Source: an uncultured bacterium (GTDB lineage Bacteria > Krumholzibacteriota > Krumholzibacteriia > Krumholzibacteriales > Krumholzibacteriaceae). From it: a stretch of DNA of 36,438 nt. The stretch spans positions 1 to 36,438 of the forward strand of contig CBDUYR010000025.1 in assembly GCA_965371515.1 (NCBI GenBank). The letters are read 5' to 3'. A program made the translations under genes and the position numbers. Positions 35,489-36,438 of the stretch are shown here, piece after piece. The notes beneath the pieces were generated by a model. It ran no database searches. It worked only from the letters and a program-made list of their open reading frames with translations, and had not been told where the DNA came from. Positions within the stretch are counted from its first letter, which is position 1. Every line of letters begins with the position of its first letter.

Positions 35489-36438
35489 CTATAAGCTTCT
35501 GCTGTACATCAGCTGCCAGTTGTACTGCTTGTGAGTAGTCTCCACCGGCGGCATCATCGCTCCGTCACCGGGGTTGGTCGCATTGCTCTCAAGGCCGGTC
35601 TGGAACGAGGCGTTGATCCCGTTGACTTCGGCCCACTCGTAGCCCGCGCCGACCGTGATGTGGTGCTCGACGATGGCGGGGAAGAGGGCGTTGACGTACT
35701 GGTCCGGAACAGGGTTCTTGCCATAGTTGTAGCCGCCCCTCAGTGTCAGTGCCTCGGTAGCCTCATAGGCTCCGCCGAGGGCTATGACGAGCTGGTTCTC
35801 CCAGTTCTGGAAGAGGTTGGCGTCCATCTCGAGACCGGCGAATGCGCCGTTCTCGGCTGTGTCGTCGGCCTTGAAGCTCATCTTGAAGTCCTTCATGGCG
35901 CTTTCCCAGCCGATGAGCTTGAGGTCGAATGCGAGAAGGAGCTTCTCGTTGGCGTCCCATGCGACGCCGCCACCGATGACCCACGGCCACTGGAAATCCT
36001 TGATCGTGATCTTGCCAGCGACGGCAAGGTCCATATCCATGTATGTGCCGGTCGGGGCGCCCTCGAAGACGCCGGGGTCGATATTGACGCCCATGCTGAG
36101 CCTGGCGTTATCCGTTGTGAGGTCCTGGAGCCATGTCTGCGAATGATATGTCGCGCCGACGGTGATTGCCGGTGTGACCTCATAGGTCAGGCCGAGCTTG
36201 CCGGCCGCGCCGTAGCCCTTAGCCTCACCGAAAAAATCGCTGTCGTTGGAGAAATCGAAGTAGGCGTGGTAGAGCTGGGTTATGCCCGTGCCGCCGATGG
36301 GCTCATAGAGAGCGCCGATAGCGTCTACCATAGAGCCGCTGACCTGACCGATCGTCTGTGCGTCAGAGTTGGCCATATCGACGAACTGAGCCTCGCTCAT
36401 CGCCATCTGCAGGTCCATTCCGGCCCAGACGAAGTCGA
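35489..36438 (-). CDS. FadL/TodX-family outer-membrane transporter (5'-partial)
   Basis: Frame is open to the window edge; WENQ.V.ALG..Y, LRGGYNYGKNPVP, LFPAIVEHH. Confidence 0.88.
   Translation of the reverse strand, partial: DFVWAGMDLQMAMSEAQFVDMANSDAQTIGQVSGSMVDAIGALYEPIGGTGITQLYHAYFDFSNDSDFFGEAKGYGAAGKLGLTYEVTPAITVGATYHSQTWLQDLTTDNARLSMGVNIDPGVFEGAPTGTYMDMDLAVAGKITIKDFQWPWVIGGGVAWDANEKLLLAFDLKLIGWESAMKDFKMSFKADDTAENGAFAGLEMDANLFQNWENQLVIALGGAYEATEALTLRGGYNYGKNPVPDQYVNALFPAIVEHHITVGAGYEWAEVNGINASFQTGLESNATNPGDGAMMPPVETTHKQYNWQLMYSRSL

Overview
Bacterial window, mostly GC-rich, probably from an anaerobic diderm of the FCB superphylum (inferred from a 'QNxPNPFNPST' T9SS/FlgD-type C-terminal domain and many outer-membrane barrels). 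Its core (5.8-23 kb) is a tungsten-enzyme locus. A tungsten aldehyde oxidoreductase (AOR/WOR) is split in two, with a complete HydC-HydB-HydA(N)-type (NuoE/F/G-like, electron-bifurcation signature) module sitting between the halves as two fusion proteins, followed by thiF/thiS. Divergently lie wtpABC, a ModE-like regulator with a candidate operator, and pterin cofactor genes (moeA, moaA, moaC, MOSC, mogA). A 3.6 kb AT-richer carbamoyltransferase/SGNH/SxtK/SxtJ-like cassette interrupts moaA-moaC and is bounded by a 17-bp duplication of the moaA 3' end. The left 5.8 kb is an AT-richer, apparently sigma54-controlled secreted-protein operon: a Cys-rich exported protein, an unknown secreted protein, a papain-like + C25-like + CTD protein, and a TPR-TlpA lipoprotein. 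The right part encodes envelope proteins (PAP2, LpxQ-like and other barrels, DUF4136 lipoproteins, AI-2E, FadL), a CBS-HEPN protein, dodecin and rubrerythrin. No rRNA, tRNA, CRISPR array, integrase or transposase was seen. All family calls are from motif recognition by eye, not database searches.
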